Positions 1-10,469 are shown, numbered from the stretch's first letter. The stretch is DNA of 64,000 nucleotides from Planctomycetota bacterium (GCA_965248445.1 CBDFJG010000003.1:1728001-1792000); one strand, 5' to 3'. Numbers and translations are program-made. Notes: a model not told the origin generated them from the letters alone.

Positions 1-1518
1 CGGCGTGTACGTGTACTGGAAGCGATTGCGATACTGCTCGTCCACGCCCTCGTCCTCGAGCGCGGCGAAGTGGTCGTTGCGGATGCGGAACGGCACGTCG
101 TCGAGCAGGAGGAAGCGCGCCCGCGGCGCGAGTGCGAGCATGTGCGCGACGGCGCGGCGCAGGCGCCGCACGTGGAAATCGCGGCCCTCAGGGAGCCGCT
201 CGTCGAGCAGACGCCCGTACAGCGTCTCGACCTTCTCGTTCAGGTCGGTCGAGTCCCAGGCCTTGCCCGCAGCCGTCAGACGCAGGCGCGACTCGTCCGT
301 CACCTCGATCAGTTCCAGCCGGAACGCCAGGCTGTAGAGGAGGTCGAACACGTCCTCGCGCGTCATCCACTCGTGCTCGAGGAAGATGAACGTGTCGCGG
401 ATGCGGTGCTGCGCCGCACGGTAGATGGTGCGCCCCTGCGTCACGCGAAGGGGCGTGCTCGCCGCGAGCTTCAGGAACTCCTGCAGGTCGGTGAGCAGAT
501 CGACTCCGGCGGCTGCGACGGCGTCGTGCGGCGGCTCGCTCGCCCGGGACCGGTCGAGCAGCCGCTCGGCGACCTCCGCGAACACGACGACGGTCTCGCC
601 CGGCATCTCGATGCCGTAGCCGCTCAGTTCGAGCGTCGTGACCGTGCCGACCGCAGCATCCTCGAGAGCGTCCTGCACCGTGGCGCGCTCGTACGCGCCG
701 TACTCGGCTGCGAAGACGCCCCCTTCGACGATTCCCCCGTGCAGGAGCACGGCCCGCCGGACGGCGTCCGCCAGCGCTTCGTCGTCGAGACGCGAGGCGG
801 GGTCGCCGTCGTCGGAGGGCAAGCCGTGCAGCAGCGCTGCGGCCAATTCCTCCGGCGGCGCGCCCAGTTCCGGCGGCTCCTCCGCGTGGCGCAGCACGGT
901 GCGCAGTTCGCCGGGCGTCAGCGTGCCGAGATGGCCCGAGAGGGAGAACACTTCGCGGGGACCGCGGTGCTCCTCTTCGAGCATGCCGGCGATGAGCGCG
1001 CCGAGATCGCGCGGCAGGCAGTACTGCTCCACGCCCCTGCGCTTGGTGGCGCCTCCGTTCCTGCCTCGCGAGCCGCCCGATCTACCACTCTTCGATCCAC
1101 CGCGTTTGGATGCATCCGAGCGCACGATGTCGAGGAAGCCGCGGGTACGCAACGCGTTGGCGCCCGCTTCCACCTCGTACGTCTCGAGCGCCTTCCCGTT
1201 CTTCATCGCCAGAAGGTCCGCGACCCCGCCGGCGTAGCCCTCTCTTCGCACGAGCCGCAGGAGCACCTCCCGTGGGGCGTCAGACAGCACCTTGATGCGG
1301 TCGCGCACCGTCTCGCCGTCCGTCAACGAGGCGAGGAGCGGTTCGAGCAGCGCCTGCTTGCGGCCGGGCGCGCGGTGTCCGTTCTGCCAGAAGCCCCACA
1401 TCTCCTGGAGCTCTGCGACCTTGCGCGCGGCCAGCAGCCGCTCGGTCGTGAGCGGTCCTGCAGCGGCGCGTGCGCGCGCTGACTTTCGGCGGGTCGGGTC
1501 AGACGATCTCGTGCTCAT
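1..1518 (-). CDS. Hypothetical protein, probable XPB partner (helicase-associated domain family); 3' end runs off the window
   Basis: Not in the ORF track because it has no stop inside the window. Manual translation gives an open minus-strand frame from ATG at 1518 (overlapping the XPB stop) to base 1: MSTRSSDP...LQEMWGFWQ...DLLTDLQEFLKLAASTPLRVTQGRTIYRAAQHRI...YRNRFQYTYTP. Codons are GC3-biased, and such proteins commonly neighbour bacterial XPB. Confidence 0.7.
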   Translation of the reverse strand, partial: MSTRSSDPTRRKSARARAAAGPLTTERLLAARKVAELQEMWGFWQNGHRAPGRKQALLEPLLASLTDGETVRDRIKVLSDAPREVLLRLVRREGYAGGVADLLAMKNGKALETYEVEAGANALRTRGFLDIVRSDASKRGGSKSGRSGGSRGRNGGATKRRGVEQYCLPRDLGALIAGMLEEEHRGPREVFSLSGHLGTLTPGELRTVLRHAEEPPELGAPPEELAAALLHGLPSDDGDPASRLDDEALADAVRRAVLLHGGIVEGGVFAAEYGAYERATVQDALEDAAVGTVTTLELSGYGIEMPGETVVVFAEVAERLLDRSRASEPPHDAVAAAGVDLLTDLQEFLKLAASTPLRVTQGRTIYRAAQHRIRDTFIFLEHEWMTREDVFDLLYSLAFRLELIEVTDESRLRLTAAGKAWDSTDLNEKVETLYGRLLDERLPEGRDFHVRRLRRAVAHMLALAPRARFLLLDDVPFRIRNDHFAALEDEGVDEQYRNRFQYTYTP

Positions 1519-3208
1519 CGAGGATTCGGTAGCTGTAGCCCTGTTCGGTGAGGAACAGTTGGCGGTTTGCCGCGAACTCCTGGTCCCGGGAGTCGCGCGT
1601 GACGAGTGAATAGAACGTGGCGCTCCCGCCACCCTGTTTCGGGCGCAGGATGCGGCCGAGCCGCTGCGCCTCCTCCTGGCGGCTGCCGAACGTGCCGGAG
1701 ACCTGGATCAGCACGCTCGCATCCGGGAGATCGATAGCGAAGTTGCCCACCTTCGACACGATCAGCAGCTTGATCGTGCCCGCGCGGAACTTGTCGTAGA
1801 GCTCCTGGCGATCGCGGGTCGGCGTCTTGCCCGTGATGAGCGGCGCGTCCAGCACGTGCGCGAGTTGCTCGAGCTGACCGATGTACTGCCCGATGACCAG
1901 CGTCTGCAGTCCGCGGTGCTTCTCGATCAGCTTGCGCACGACGGGGATCTTGCGCTCGTTCTCCGACGCCATCCGGAACTGCGCGCGGGCGTCCGCGGCC
2001 GCGTACTCCATGCGGAGCCGCTCCGGCCGCCCCACGCGCACCTCGTGGCACGCCGCCGTGGCGATCCAACCCTGCGACTCGAGCACCTTCCAGGGGACGT
2101 CGAAGCGCTTGGGCCCGATGAGCGTGAACACGTCCTGTTCCTTGCCGTCCTCGCGCACCAGGGTGGCGGTCAGCCCGAGGCGGCGCGTGGCTTGGATCTC
2201 GGCGGTCACGCGGAACACCGGCGCGGGCAGCAGGTGGACCTCGTCGTAGACGATGAGGCCCCAGTCGTTGCGCGTGAACAGATCGAAGTGGACGAACGGC
2301 TCGGTCCGCGAGCGGCGGTACGTCAGGATCTGGTACGTCGCGATCGTGACGGCACGAACATCCTTCGTCTCGCCGGTGTACTCGCCCACGTCGTCCGGCG
2401 TGAGGTCGGTCTTGTCGAGGAGTTCGTCGCGCCACTGCCGCACCGCGATCGTGTTGGTGGTGAGGATGAGCGTCTTGGTCCGGCACCGGGCCATCACACC
2501 CATACCCACCACGGTCTTGCCTGCGCCGCACGGGAGAACGATCACGCCGCTACCCCCGCGAGCCGTGCCACCCTGCCAGAAGGCGGCGACACTCTCCTCC
2601 TGATAGGGACGCAACTCACACGGCGGGCGAGTGTCTCCGTTCACGGCGGCGGAACTCCCGTTCACCGACGTGGGGGCTCCTCGCAGTGCGATGTCGAGCG
2701 CGCCGCCGGTGACGTACCCGGCCAGGTCCTCGACGGGATAGCCGACGCGGGTCAGCGCCTGCTTCAGGTGGCCCCGGAAGGCCGGGTCGGCCGCGACGCG
2801 GTTGCCGTCCGGCTCGCCGAGCAGGTACTCCTTCACGAGCGGGGACGCCGCGATCTCGCTCAGCACGGCGGGATCGTCCGTCTCGAGGGCCAGTCCGCCG
2901 TCGACGGCGACGAGCCGCACGCGGCCGAAGCGGTCCACCCACTCGCGGATCTCGCGCGTCACCGACTGCGGCACGGGGTACTTCGAATACCTCGTGAGCG
3001 CGTCGAGCATGTCATCGGCCTGGAGTCCGGTAGCCGCAGCGTTCCAGACCGAGAGCGCTGAGAGCCGGTACGTGTGGATGTGCTCCGGGCTCTTCTCGAG
3101 CTCCGCGAACGGCGAGATCGCGTCACGCGCTGCGCCATGGAGCGGGCTGCCGGCCTCCATCAGCACGGTCCGATCCGACTGGACGATCACGGGGAGGCTC
3201 GGGTCCAC
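1499..3208 (-). CDS. DNA repair helicase XPB/RAD25-like (SF2)
   Basis: N-terminal IVQSDRTVLME...FAELEKSPEHIHTYRLSALSVWNA; Walker A LPCGAGKT; DEVH box; GLTATLVREDG; QEEAQRLGRILRPK. Confidence 0.95.
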   Translation of the reverse strand: MDPSLPVIVQSDRTVLMEAGSPLHGAARDAISPFAELEKSPEHIHTYRLSALSVWNAAATGLQADDMLDALTRYSKYPVPQSVTREIREWVDRFGRVRLVAVDGGLALETDDPAVLSEIAASPLVKEYLLGEPDGNRVAADPAFRGHLKQALTRVGYPVEDLAGYVTGGALDIALRGAPTSVNGSSAAVNGDTRPPCELRPYQEESVAAFWQGGTARGGSGVIVLPCGAGKTVVGMGVMARCRTKTLILTTNTIAVRQWRDELLDKTDLTPDDVGEYTGETKDVRAVTIATYQILTYRRSRTEPFVHFDLFTRNDWGLIVYDEVHLLPAPVFRVTAEIQATRRLGLTATLVREDGKEQDVFTLIGPKRFDVPWKVLESQGWIATAACHEVRVGRPERLRMEYAAADARAQFRMASENERKIPVVRKLIEKHRGLQTLVIGQYIGQLEQLAHVLDAPLITGKTPTRDRQELYDKFRAGTIKLLIVSKVGNFAIDLPDASVLIQVSGTFGSRQEEAQRLGRILRPKQGGGSATFYSLVTRDSRDQEFAANRQLFLTEQGYSYRILDEHEIV

Positions 3209-3216
3209 TCTGCTCC

Positions 3217-3254
3217 TCTCGCGGTTCGGTTCCGGTCTCGCGGTCCGGTTCCGG
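3217..3254. repeat. 19-bp tandem direct repeat just upstream of the XPB ribosome-binding site
   Basis: TCTCGCGGTTCGGTTCCGG (3217-3235) followed by TCTCGCGGTCCGGTTCCGG (3236-3254), 18/19 identical. Confidence 0.7.
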
Positions 3255-3393
3255 CGTGGCTTCTCCCGCGCTGCCCGGGAGCCTGCTTGCGAACGTTCCG
3301 CACTTCCGGCGATCCGTGCGCTGGAAACCCCCGAGAGTACTCGCGTGCGGTGCGCCTGGAGACTTTTACGCGCCGATTCGGTCCCTCTCAGGC

Positions 3394-4188
3394 TCAGGCG
3401 AAGGAGGGTCGGGAGAGCGTCGCGAGCAGTTCAGTGTGGAGCCTGGAGTTGGTCGCAGCGACGTGGCCGCCGAGAAGCCAGTCGTCGCCTCCGAGGAGAT
3501 CGGTCACGCGGCCGCCGGCGGCCGCCACGAGCAGGGCGCCGGCTGCCACGTCCCACGCGTTCAGGTGCAGCTCCCAGAAGGCGTCCAGGCGACCGGCCGC
3601 GACCCAGGCGAGATCGAGGGCGGCGGACCCCGTGCGGCGCATGCCCCGGCAGCGCATCAGCACCGCGCGGAAGTTGTCCGTGTTGTCGTCGGGCAGGTTC
3701 TCGCGGTCGTAGGGGAACCCTGTGGCGAGCACCGCATCGGCGAGTTCGTCGGTGTCGCTCACGGCCGTGCGGCGGCCGTTGCACGACGTGACTCCGCCCC
3801 GGACCGCGGTATGCGTCTCTCCGAGCACGGGCGCCAGCACCACGCCCACCTCCGGGACGCCGTCAACCAGCAACGCGACCGAGACGCAGAACAACGGGAT
3901 ACCCTGGGCGAAGTTGTTCGTTCCGTCGAGGGGGTCGACACACCAGAGCCGGGGCGCTGCGGCGGTGTCGGGCGCGGACTCCTCGGCCAGCACGGGGTCG
4001 TCCGGTCGCAGCTTCGCCAGCACGGCGAGCACGGCCTCCTCGGCGCGGCGGTCAGCCGACGTCACCAGATTGCGGCGCTCGGATTTGCTGTCGGCCGACG
4101 AACGGACGCCGGCGGTCCTGTACTCCTCTGTCAACACCACCGCCGCGGCCTCTGCTGCCGCCAGCGCCACTCTCAGGTCGTCGGTCAT
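3394..4188 (-). CDS. suhB: Inositol monophosphatase family protein
   Basis: LVTSADRRAE, WCVDPLDGTNNF, RRTGSAALDL, WDVAAG motifs; ATG at 4188 overlaps the dacB stop (ATGA). Confidence 0.9.
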   Translation of the reverse strand: MTDDLRVALAAAEAAAVVLTEEYRTAGVRSSADSKSERRNLVTSADRRAEEAVLAVLAKLRPDDPVLAEESAPDTAAAPRLWCVDPLDGTNNFAQGIPLFCVSVALLVDGVPEVGVVLAPVLGETHTAVRGGVTSCNGRRTAVSDTDELADAVLATGFPYDRENLPDDNTDNFRAVLMRCRGMRRTGSAALDLAWVAAGRLDAFWELHLNAWDVAAGALLVAAAGGRVTDLLGGDDWLLGGHVAATNSRLHTELLATLSRPSFA

Positions 4189-5684
4189 CGTTCGAGCAAC
4201 GCGTCGACGACCGCGTCCTGCAGGTCGCGCGCACGCCACACGGTCCCCTCGGACAGCACCGCGAAGGCGAGCACACGGTCGCTGCGGCGGACGAACCCCG
4301 CGAGGGCGCTCGTGTCGCGCAGGGTCCCGGTCTTGGCCCGCACCCGGTCCTTGAAGCGCGCCGCGCGCATCCGCTTGCCCAGCGTGCCGGCCGGATCGCC
4401 TGCTTTCGCCAGCGACCGCATGAACGGGATGCGCGCCGGACTGTTGTAGATCTTCGTCAGCACGCGTCCGACCGCGTCGGCGGAGCCCTGGTTCCCCCGG
4501 GAGAGGCCGGAGCCGTCGATCTGGCGGAAGTCGTCATCGAGCGCCAGCACGCCGCGCACGGCCCTCGCACCGCCCTCGAATGAGCCGTCGCCGTCCGTCG
4601 CGACGCCGAGTGCACGGAGGATCAGCTCGGCGTACAGGTTCTGGCTGCGCGTGTTGCACACGCGCACCGCCTCGGCCAAGGGTGTGGCGTGGCGCGCCAG
4701 CACGATCTGACGCGATCGGTCGCGGAGGTGCGCCGGGAACACGGGAATGCCACGCGCGATCCGCACTTCGCCGCGCACGGGTACTCCGGCGTTCGCTAGC
4801 GCTGCGCGGAAGGCCTCGCCGAACAGGGCGACCGGATCGACGCACGCGATCGACGCCGTGTACGGCTGCGCCTTTTCGTAGATCCTGCCGTTGACTCGGA
4901 CGCGGCCGTCCTTCTCGCGGGGTCCGATCGACACGACGTGCTCTTTCTTCGCGGCAGTCGGACGCAGGCGGTTCGCGAACTGCACGAGCCGCGTGCGGGG
5001 AAACGCCGAGACGGACGGAGTGAGCCGCGGTCCGGCGGGCGACACGGTCACGTCGAGGCAGGCGTCGTTGATGCTCAGTGCGGTGACGGGCGCCGAGTAG
5101 GAGGGCCAGTTGCCGTCGCGGAACCCCCAGTCGGGGTGGCGGTCGGGCCAGGCGAAAGACGAGGAGTCGAGAACGAGATCACCTCGCACCTCGACGACTC
5201 CGGCGTCCGCGACCTGCTGCGCCAACGCCGCGATCTCCGCCGCGACGCCGTCGGTCGCCAAGTGCTCGGAGAACCCCGGATCTCCCCCGCCCACGACCAC
5301 CAGATCCCCGGCCACCACTCCCGACGCCGGTTCGTCGTAGACGATCACTTCTGTGGCCAACTCGTGCTCAGATCCGAGTGCCAGGAGGGCTGCTCCGGTC
5401 GTGGCGAGCTTGGTTACCGACGCCATGCGCCGCAGAGATTCGGCGTCCCGGCGGAACAGGGCGCGACCGCTACGCGCGTCCCAGACGGCGAGCGAGACGC
5501 GCACCTCGCGGTGCCCCTTGCGGGACACGGCGTTCTCGATGCGCGTGGCGATCGCGACTTCCGCGGCGTCCAGCTGGAGGGTGCCCGTGTCGCGGGCCCA
5601 CACCGGGGGCAGAGACACCACGAGCACAACGCTCCCCGCGGTGAGGAGCGCCGCGCAAAGCGTGCCGGCGAGACGACGGCGCAT
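4185..5684 (-). CDS. dacB: D-alanyl-D-alanine carboxypeptidase/endopeptidase (PBP4, peptidase S13)
   Basis: Signal peptide; SxxK (ASVTK), SxN (SQNLYAE), DGSGLSR and KTG (AKTGTL) motifs. Confidence 0.92.
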   Translation of the reverse strand: MRRRLAGTLCAALLTAGSVVLVVSLPPVWARDTGTLQLDAAEVAIATRIENAVSRKGHREVRVSLAVWDARSGRALFRRDAESLRRMASVTKLATTGAALLALGSEHELATEVIVYDEPASGVVAGDLVVVGGGDPGFSEHLATDGVAAEIAALAQQVADAGVVEVRGDLVLDSSSFAWPDRHPDWGFRDGNWPSYSAPVTALSINDACLDVTVSPAGPRLTPSVSAFPRTRLVQFANRLRPTAAKKEHVVSIGPREKDGRVRVNGRIYEKAQPYTASIACVDPVALFGEAFRAALANAGVPVRGEVRIARGIPVFPAHLRDRSRQIVLARHATPLAEAVRVCNTRSQNLYAELILRALGVATDGDGSFEGGARAVRGVLALDDDFRQIDGSGLSRGNQGSADAVGRVLTKIYNSPARIPFMRSLAKAGDPAGTLGKRMRAARFKDRVRAKTGTLRDTSALAGFVRRSDRVLAFAVLSEGTVWRARDLQDAVVDALLER

Positions 5685-5741
5685 GTCTCTATTGCACCAC
5701 CCCGCGGGGACGGATCCCCGCGAAGCGGGACCGAGGACGGC

Positions 5742-6779
5742 TCAGGCCTCGAGGCGTGGGCCGTGCCACGCCCACGCGCTGCGCACGATCTGCTCGATTT
5801 CGGTCCGCAGCGGCGCGAAGCCGAGCTCCGTCTCGGCCCCGCCCGGGACGGCGACCAGCACGGCCGGGTCACCCGGCTGGCGCGGCGCCTCTTCGGTGGT
5901 CAGTTCGAGCCCCGTCACGGACGCGACGGCATCCGCCACCTCGCGCACGGAGGTACCGCGTCCGGTCCCCAGATTGAGCGCCATCCCTGTGGCCCCGCCG
6001 CGCAGGCGCGTCAAGGCGGCGACGTGGGCGGCGGCGAGGTCCTCCACGTGCACGTAGTCCCGGACACAGGTGCCGTCCGGTGTGGGCCAGTCCGTGCCGA
6101 AGATCCGCAGCGTCGTGCCGGTTGCAGCAGCGTGCAGAGCGAGCGGGATCAGGTGCGTCTCCGGATCGTGGTCCTCGCCGAGCCGCCGAGCGACCCGTCC
6201 GCTGACGCCCCCGCCGCGTTGAAGTAGCGCAGCCGGTAGCTCTGCAGGCCGTGCGCCGCGTAGTCGGTCAGCATGCGCTCGATCGCGGCCTTTGGTGCGG
6301 CCGTACGGCGAGACCGGCGCGAACGGAAGATCCTCCGATAGCGGGCCGTCGCCCTGCGGTTCTCCGTACACGGCACAGGTAGACGAGTGGACCACTCTCT
6401 TCACACCGTGCTCGATGCACGCCCCGAACAGGCTCAAAGCGGATCCGACGTTGTTCTCCCAGTACATCCTCGGCTCGCGCACCGACTCGCCCACGTACGC
6501 GCTCGCCGCGAAGTGCATCACGGCGTCGAAGTCGTCGCTTGCGAGCACCGCGCTCACCGCACCCACGTCGCGGATCGAGATCTCGAACAGGGGGACCTGT
6601 TCGGGAACCGCGTCGCGATGTCCCAGCGACAGGTCGTCGAGGACGACCACGCGTTCGCCGGCCGCGAGGAGCGCGCGCACGGCGAACGAACCGACATAGC
6701 CTGCGCCGCCGGTCACGAGCACCGGGCCGTGCTCGTGACCTTGCGAACCGATGTCACTACTCGAGGCGGGGCCGCTCAC
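5742..6779 (-). pseudogene. galE: UDP-glucose 4-epimerase with two compensating indels (pseudogene or sequence error)
   Basis: VLVTGGAGYVG, HFAASAYVGESV, YGRTK, GEDHDPETHLIP and RDYVHVEDLA are in one frame. The conserved KAAIERML..LRYFNAAGA segment (~6190-6290) is in another frame (ORF 6149..6376). GTG at 6779 overlaps the glyS stop. Confidence 0.85.
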
Positions 6780-8803
6780 CGAGGGCGCACGATGCGGCAG
6801 AGATCGGCGAAGCGCAAGAGAGTCGCGTCGATCTCGCGCAGGAGCGCGTGCCGGTTGGTGCGCAGCGCCGCATCGTCCGCGTTGACGAAGACCTCTTCGA
6901 AGAACCTGTGCAACGGCGCTCCGAGAGTCGCTGCGATGCGCACGGCGTCGTCTCGCGAGAGCGCCGTGGGCGCGGCCGGGAGGGATGCTGCGAGAGGCTG
7001 CCACGCCGCGTAGAGCGCCTTCTCGGCATCCTCCGCCAGCAAGTCCTCACGCACCTCACTGCCCGGAACATCACTGGCCGGAGCGTCGCTCTTCTTCGTG
7101 ATGTTGCGGCAGCGCTCGGCAACCTCGATCAAGCGGTCGAAGCCCGGCGCTTCGGAGAGAGCCGCAAGGTCGTCCAGGCGGGCGACCAGCGCGCCGACCG
7201 ATGCGTACGTGGACACGGCGTCGACATGATCGTGAGGGACGCCACGATCGCGCAGACGGCGGACCATGCGCGCGTGCAGGTACTCCCGCACCTTCTCGTC
7301 CCCGCCCGCGGAAGCGACTCCGTCGTAGAGGGGGAAGTCAGGCGCGAAACGCTCGCACGCGGCGAGGAACGTGATCGCGGCACGACGCACGCCGAACGGG
7401 TCGGCGCTGCCGGTCGGAAGACCGACCTGCGTCCCGAACGCGGTGAGCGTGTCGAGGTTCTCGGCGAGGACGACCGCGACGGCGACGTCTGAAGGGCGCC
7501 CCGCCCCGTCGAAGTCGTGTCGGTACTGCCAATCGATAGCCTCGGCGACGTCGGCGTGCTCGCCGTCGCCCGCGGCGTACACGCTGCCGACGTGTCCCTG
7601 GAGTTCGGGGAACTCGCCGACCATCAGCGTGACGAGATCGCACTTCGCGAGTTCGGCCGCGCGAACCGATCGGTCGACGCCGTCACGGTCGAGCCCCATC
7701 AGTTCTGCGACAACCCGCGCCGTCTTGGCCAGCCGCGCGGCCTTCTCCCGCAGCGTGCCGAGTTTCCGGTGGTAGACGACGCCCTCGAGCGCGGAAAGGC
7801 GATCTTCCAGCCGCTGCTTGCGGTCTTCGGACAGGAAGAAGCTCGCGTCGTGCAGACGCGGCACCAGAACGCGTTCGAAGCCACGGCGGGCCACGTCGTG
7901 CGACGACGGCTCACGGTCGAGTACGGCGACGAACGCGGCCTCGAGCGTCCCGTCCTCCCCCCGCACCGGGAAGAAGCGCTGATGGTGTTCCATCACCGTG
8001 ACCAGCAGGCGCGGCGGGAGTTCCAGGTAGGACGGGTCGAAGTGTCCGACGAGAGCCGATGGCCACTCGACGAGGTTGACGACCTCCTCGAGCAGCGCGG
8101 GCCGGATGTCCACGCGACCGGCAGCAGCGGTCGCCGCCTCGCGGACGCCCGTCTCTCTCTCCGCCGGATCCGCCATCACGTGCGCGGCGCGAAGTTCGTT
8201 CACGTACGCGCTCGCCGAGGCGTTGCGCAACTCGAGCGGGTGCGGAGCGAGGAATGCGTGACCGCGTGTGGTCCGCCCCGCCGCCAGCCCGGCGATCTCG
8301 CACGGGACGACGTCCGCGTCCAGGAGCGCGACGACGCCCCGGATCGGGCGGGCGAACACGTCGGGCGCTCCCCAGCGCATGCGCTTCTTCCAGGGCACGT
8401 CGGCGACGGCCGCGGGAAGGATCTCCGCGACGACCTCGCCGGCATCGCGTCCCGCCGTGCGCACGACGGCCACGACGTTGTCGTCGTCGCGTTCCAGCGC
8501 ATCGGGAGTGAGGCCGTGCTTGCGCGCGAACCCCTCGGCTGCGCGTGTAGGCGCCCCGTCGGCATCGAAGGCCGAACCGAGACGCGGTCCCTTCACGCGC
8601 TTCTGGCGATCCGGCGAGCGCGAGGGCAGCCCCGTCGCGCTGACCGTGAGGCGGCGCGGCGTGAACAGCACGGCAACGTCGTCGGCCGGCAGCCCGGCAT
8701 CCTGGAGTCGCTTGCGGATCGAATCGCCGAGCGCCGTAGCGGCGCGACGCAGCACGCGCGGAGGCAGTTCCTCGCAGAGGAGTTCGAACAGGAGGTCGGC
8801 CAC
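6776..8803 (-). CDS. glyS: Glycine--tRNA ligase beta subunit
   Basis: LLFELLCEELPP, FTPRRL, MRWG..FARPIR, VVNLVEWP, HQRFFPV, MVGEFPELQG, PTGSADPFGVRR. Confidence 0.95.
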   Translation of the reverse strand: MADLLFELLCEELPPRVLRRAATALGDSIRKRLQDAGLPADDVAVLFTPRRLTVSATGLPSRSPDRQKRVKGPRLGSAFDADGAPTRAAEGFARKHGLTPDALERDDDNVVAVVRTAGRDAGEVVAEILPAAVADVPWKKRMRWGAPDVFARPIRGVVALLDADVVPCEIAGLAAGRTTRGHAFLAPHPLELRNASASAYVNELRAAHVMADPAERETGVREAATAAAGRVDIRPALLEEVVNLVEWPSALVGHFDPSYLELPPRLLVTVMEHHQRFFPVRGEDGTLEAAFVAVLDREPSSHDVARRGFERVLVPRLHDASFFLSEDRKQRLEDRLSALEGVVYHRKLGTLREKAARLAKTARVVAELMGLDRDGVDRSVRAAELAKCDLVTLMVGEFPELQGHVGSVYAAGDGEHADVAEAIDWQYRHDFDGAGRPSDVAVAVVLAENLDTLTAFGTQVGLPTGSADPFGVRRAAITFLAACERFAPDFPLYDGVASAGGDEKVREYLHARMVRRLRDRGVPHDHVDAVSTYASVGALVARLDDLAALSEAPGFDRLIEVAERCRNITKKSDAPASDVPGSEVREDLLAEDAEKALYAAWQPLAASLPAAPTALSRDDAVRIAATLGAPLHRFFEEVFVNADDAALRTNRHALLREIDATLLRFADLCRIVRPR

Positions 8804-8804
8804 G

Positions 8805-10469
8805 TCAGTCGTCTCTCTGCGACTGCGAGATGACCCAGCTGCGGGCTTGCTGCGCGACCTGCCGGCGCTGTTCGTAGGCGACCTCTCCGGTCTCGTACCC
8901 GAACGACTGCCCGGAGAGCGCGCGAAACAGCTCGTAGCCGACCTGGAACGTGCGCGCGTCGGCGTCATCGAGCGCCTCGAGCGAGTAGACCGCCAGCCGA
9001 CTGCGCCCCTTCTCGAGGTGCGAGAACAGGGTCTTCATCGCCTTGCAGGCGTCGAGACGGGCGAGGCTCCCGAACGCAGACGCCCACCACTTCCGGTACT
9101 GATCGCGCTCCGCCGGCCACGCCGCGTCGTCGCTCGGCTTCGTGAGGTCGGGCCGAAAGTACTTCCCCGTGCGCGCCGCGATCCCCTGGATCGCCGCTTC
9201 GCGCACCTCGCGATCCGGGGAATCGAGCAGGCGGTACATGAACGGCACGACGGCCGGCGTGCCGATGCGTCCGATGGCCTCGGCGGCCGCGCGGCGCACG
9301 GTCACCTCCGTCTCGCGTTCGCGTGGATGGAAGAGAAGGATCTCGAGGAGCGGCACGGTCGCCGGATCACCGTGCTCGCCGATCAGCATCACCGCCGCGC
9401 GGCGCACGCCCGGCCCGGCCTCCGCCGGTGAGAGGAGTTTGTAGACCTGCGCCGGAAGGGCCGACCACTCGAACTCGCGCATCGTGTGCAACGCCCTCTC
9501 GCGAACGTCGTCTCCGGCGACCTCGAGACGCCGGACCAACTGCTCGGGCTTCGGGCGGTCGTCGACGCGCGTCGCGTACTCCGGGTCCTTCTCCATCTCG
9601 GCGAGCGTGTCGCGCGCGCGTGTCGCATCTTCGCTCGCGGGGAGCTCGCGGATCAGCGTGTTCATCACGCGCTTCGCGTCATCGAGACGCTTGAGCTTCG
9701 CGTAGGTGGCGAAGAGGAACTGGTAGATCTCGGCGTCCTTCGGTGCCGTGCGCTGTGCGGTCTCGAACTCGCGGGCCGCCCCTTCGAACTTCTCCTGGTG
9801 GAACAGCGCGAGGGCGAGCAGCTTGCGGGCGCCCAGGTTCGCGGGCTGTGCATCCAGCACGATCCGGAAGTCCGCTTCCGCACGCTCCCAATCCTCCCGC
9901 GCCGCACGCATGCGCGCGAGCACGAGCCGGATCTCGACGTCCGACGGGTGCTTGCGCGCATAGTTGTCGAGCACGGCCACCGCGCCGTCCTTGCTGCCGC
10001 GTTCCCACATGACCTGCGCCAGGTCACTGATGGCAGCCTGGAACTCCGGGGCGACGCGCAGGGCCTCCCGCAGGAGCTTCTCTGCCTCCGCCAGCTCGCC
10101 CTCGATGCGCGCACAGCGAGCCAGCCCGAGCGGAGCCGGTGCGAAGAGGAGTCCACCCAGCTCCTTGGCCTCCCAGAACGCCTCGCGCGCCTGCTCGAGC
10201 GTCTCCACGTACCCGCGCTCGTCGCCGGCCTGCTTCCGGCCCAGCGCCGCGTTCCCGAGCGCCCGTCCGAGGAGGTAGTACGCCTCCGGAGTGTCGGCCC
10301 GGATGCCCGCACGCGCCTCGCGGAGGACCTGCTCGGCGTGACCCTTCTCCGCCAGTTCGTCCTGGCGGTCGATCTTCGTGCGCAGTTCGGCAGAGAAGCC
10401 GTCCTGCGCGGATGCGACCGGCGCAGCGGCGAGGAGGAACAGCAGGAGGGAGAGGAGCACGGCTCTCAT
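8805..10469 (-). CDS. Exported TPR + HEAT repeat protein
   Basis: Signal peptide [24 protein letters not shown]-like helices ([28 protein letters not shown]); HEAT-like repeats ([25 protein letters not shown]). Confidence 0.85.
   Translation of the reverse strand: MRAVLLSLLLFLLAAAPVASAQDGFSAELRTKIDRQDELAEKGHAEQVLREARAGIRADTPEAYYLLGRALGNAALGRKQAGDERGYVETLEQAREAFWEAKELGGLLFAPAPLGLARCARIEGELAEAEKLLREALRVAPEFQAAISDLAQVMWERGSKDGAVAVLDNYARKHPSDVEIRLVLARMRAAREDWERAEADFRIVLDAQPANLGARKLLALALFHQEKFEGAAREFETAQRTAPKDAEIYQFLFATYAKLKRLDDAKRVMNTLIRELPASEDATRARDTLAEMEKDPEYATRVDDRPKPEQLVRRLEVAGDDVRERALHTMREFEWSALPAQVYKLLSPAEAGPGVRRAAVMLIGEHGDPATVPLLEILLFHPRERETEVTVRRAAAEAIGRIGTPAVVPFMYRLLDSPDREVREAAIQGIAARTGKYFRPDLTKPSDDAAWPAERDQYRKWWASAFGSLARLDACKAMKTLFSHLEKGRSRLAVYSLEALDDADARTFQVGYELFRALSGQSFGYETGEVAYEQRRQVAQQARSWVISQSQRDD

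Noticed and set aside
70..1482. 470-aa plus-strand ORF in the track
   Set aside because: Antisense shadow of the real minus-strand gene (1..1518); no recognisable motifs.
3285..3305. GAACGTTC as an SOS box upstream of XPB
   Set aside because: Lacks the spacer of the known GAAC-N4-GTTC or GTTC-N7-GTTC boxes; probably chance.
8804..8968. N-terminal extension of glyS in the ORF track
   Set aside because: Overlaps the TPR/HEAT gene; GlyS homology starts at GTG 8803.
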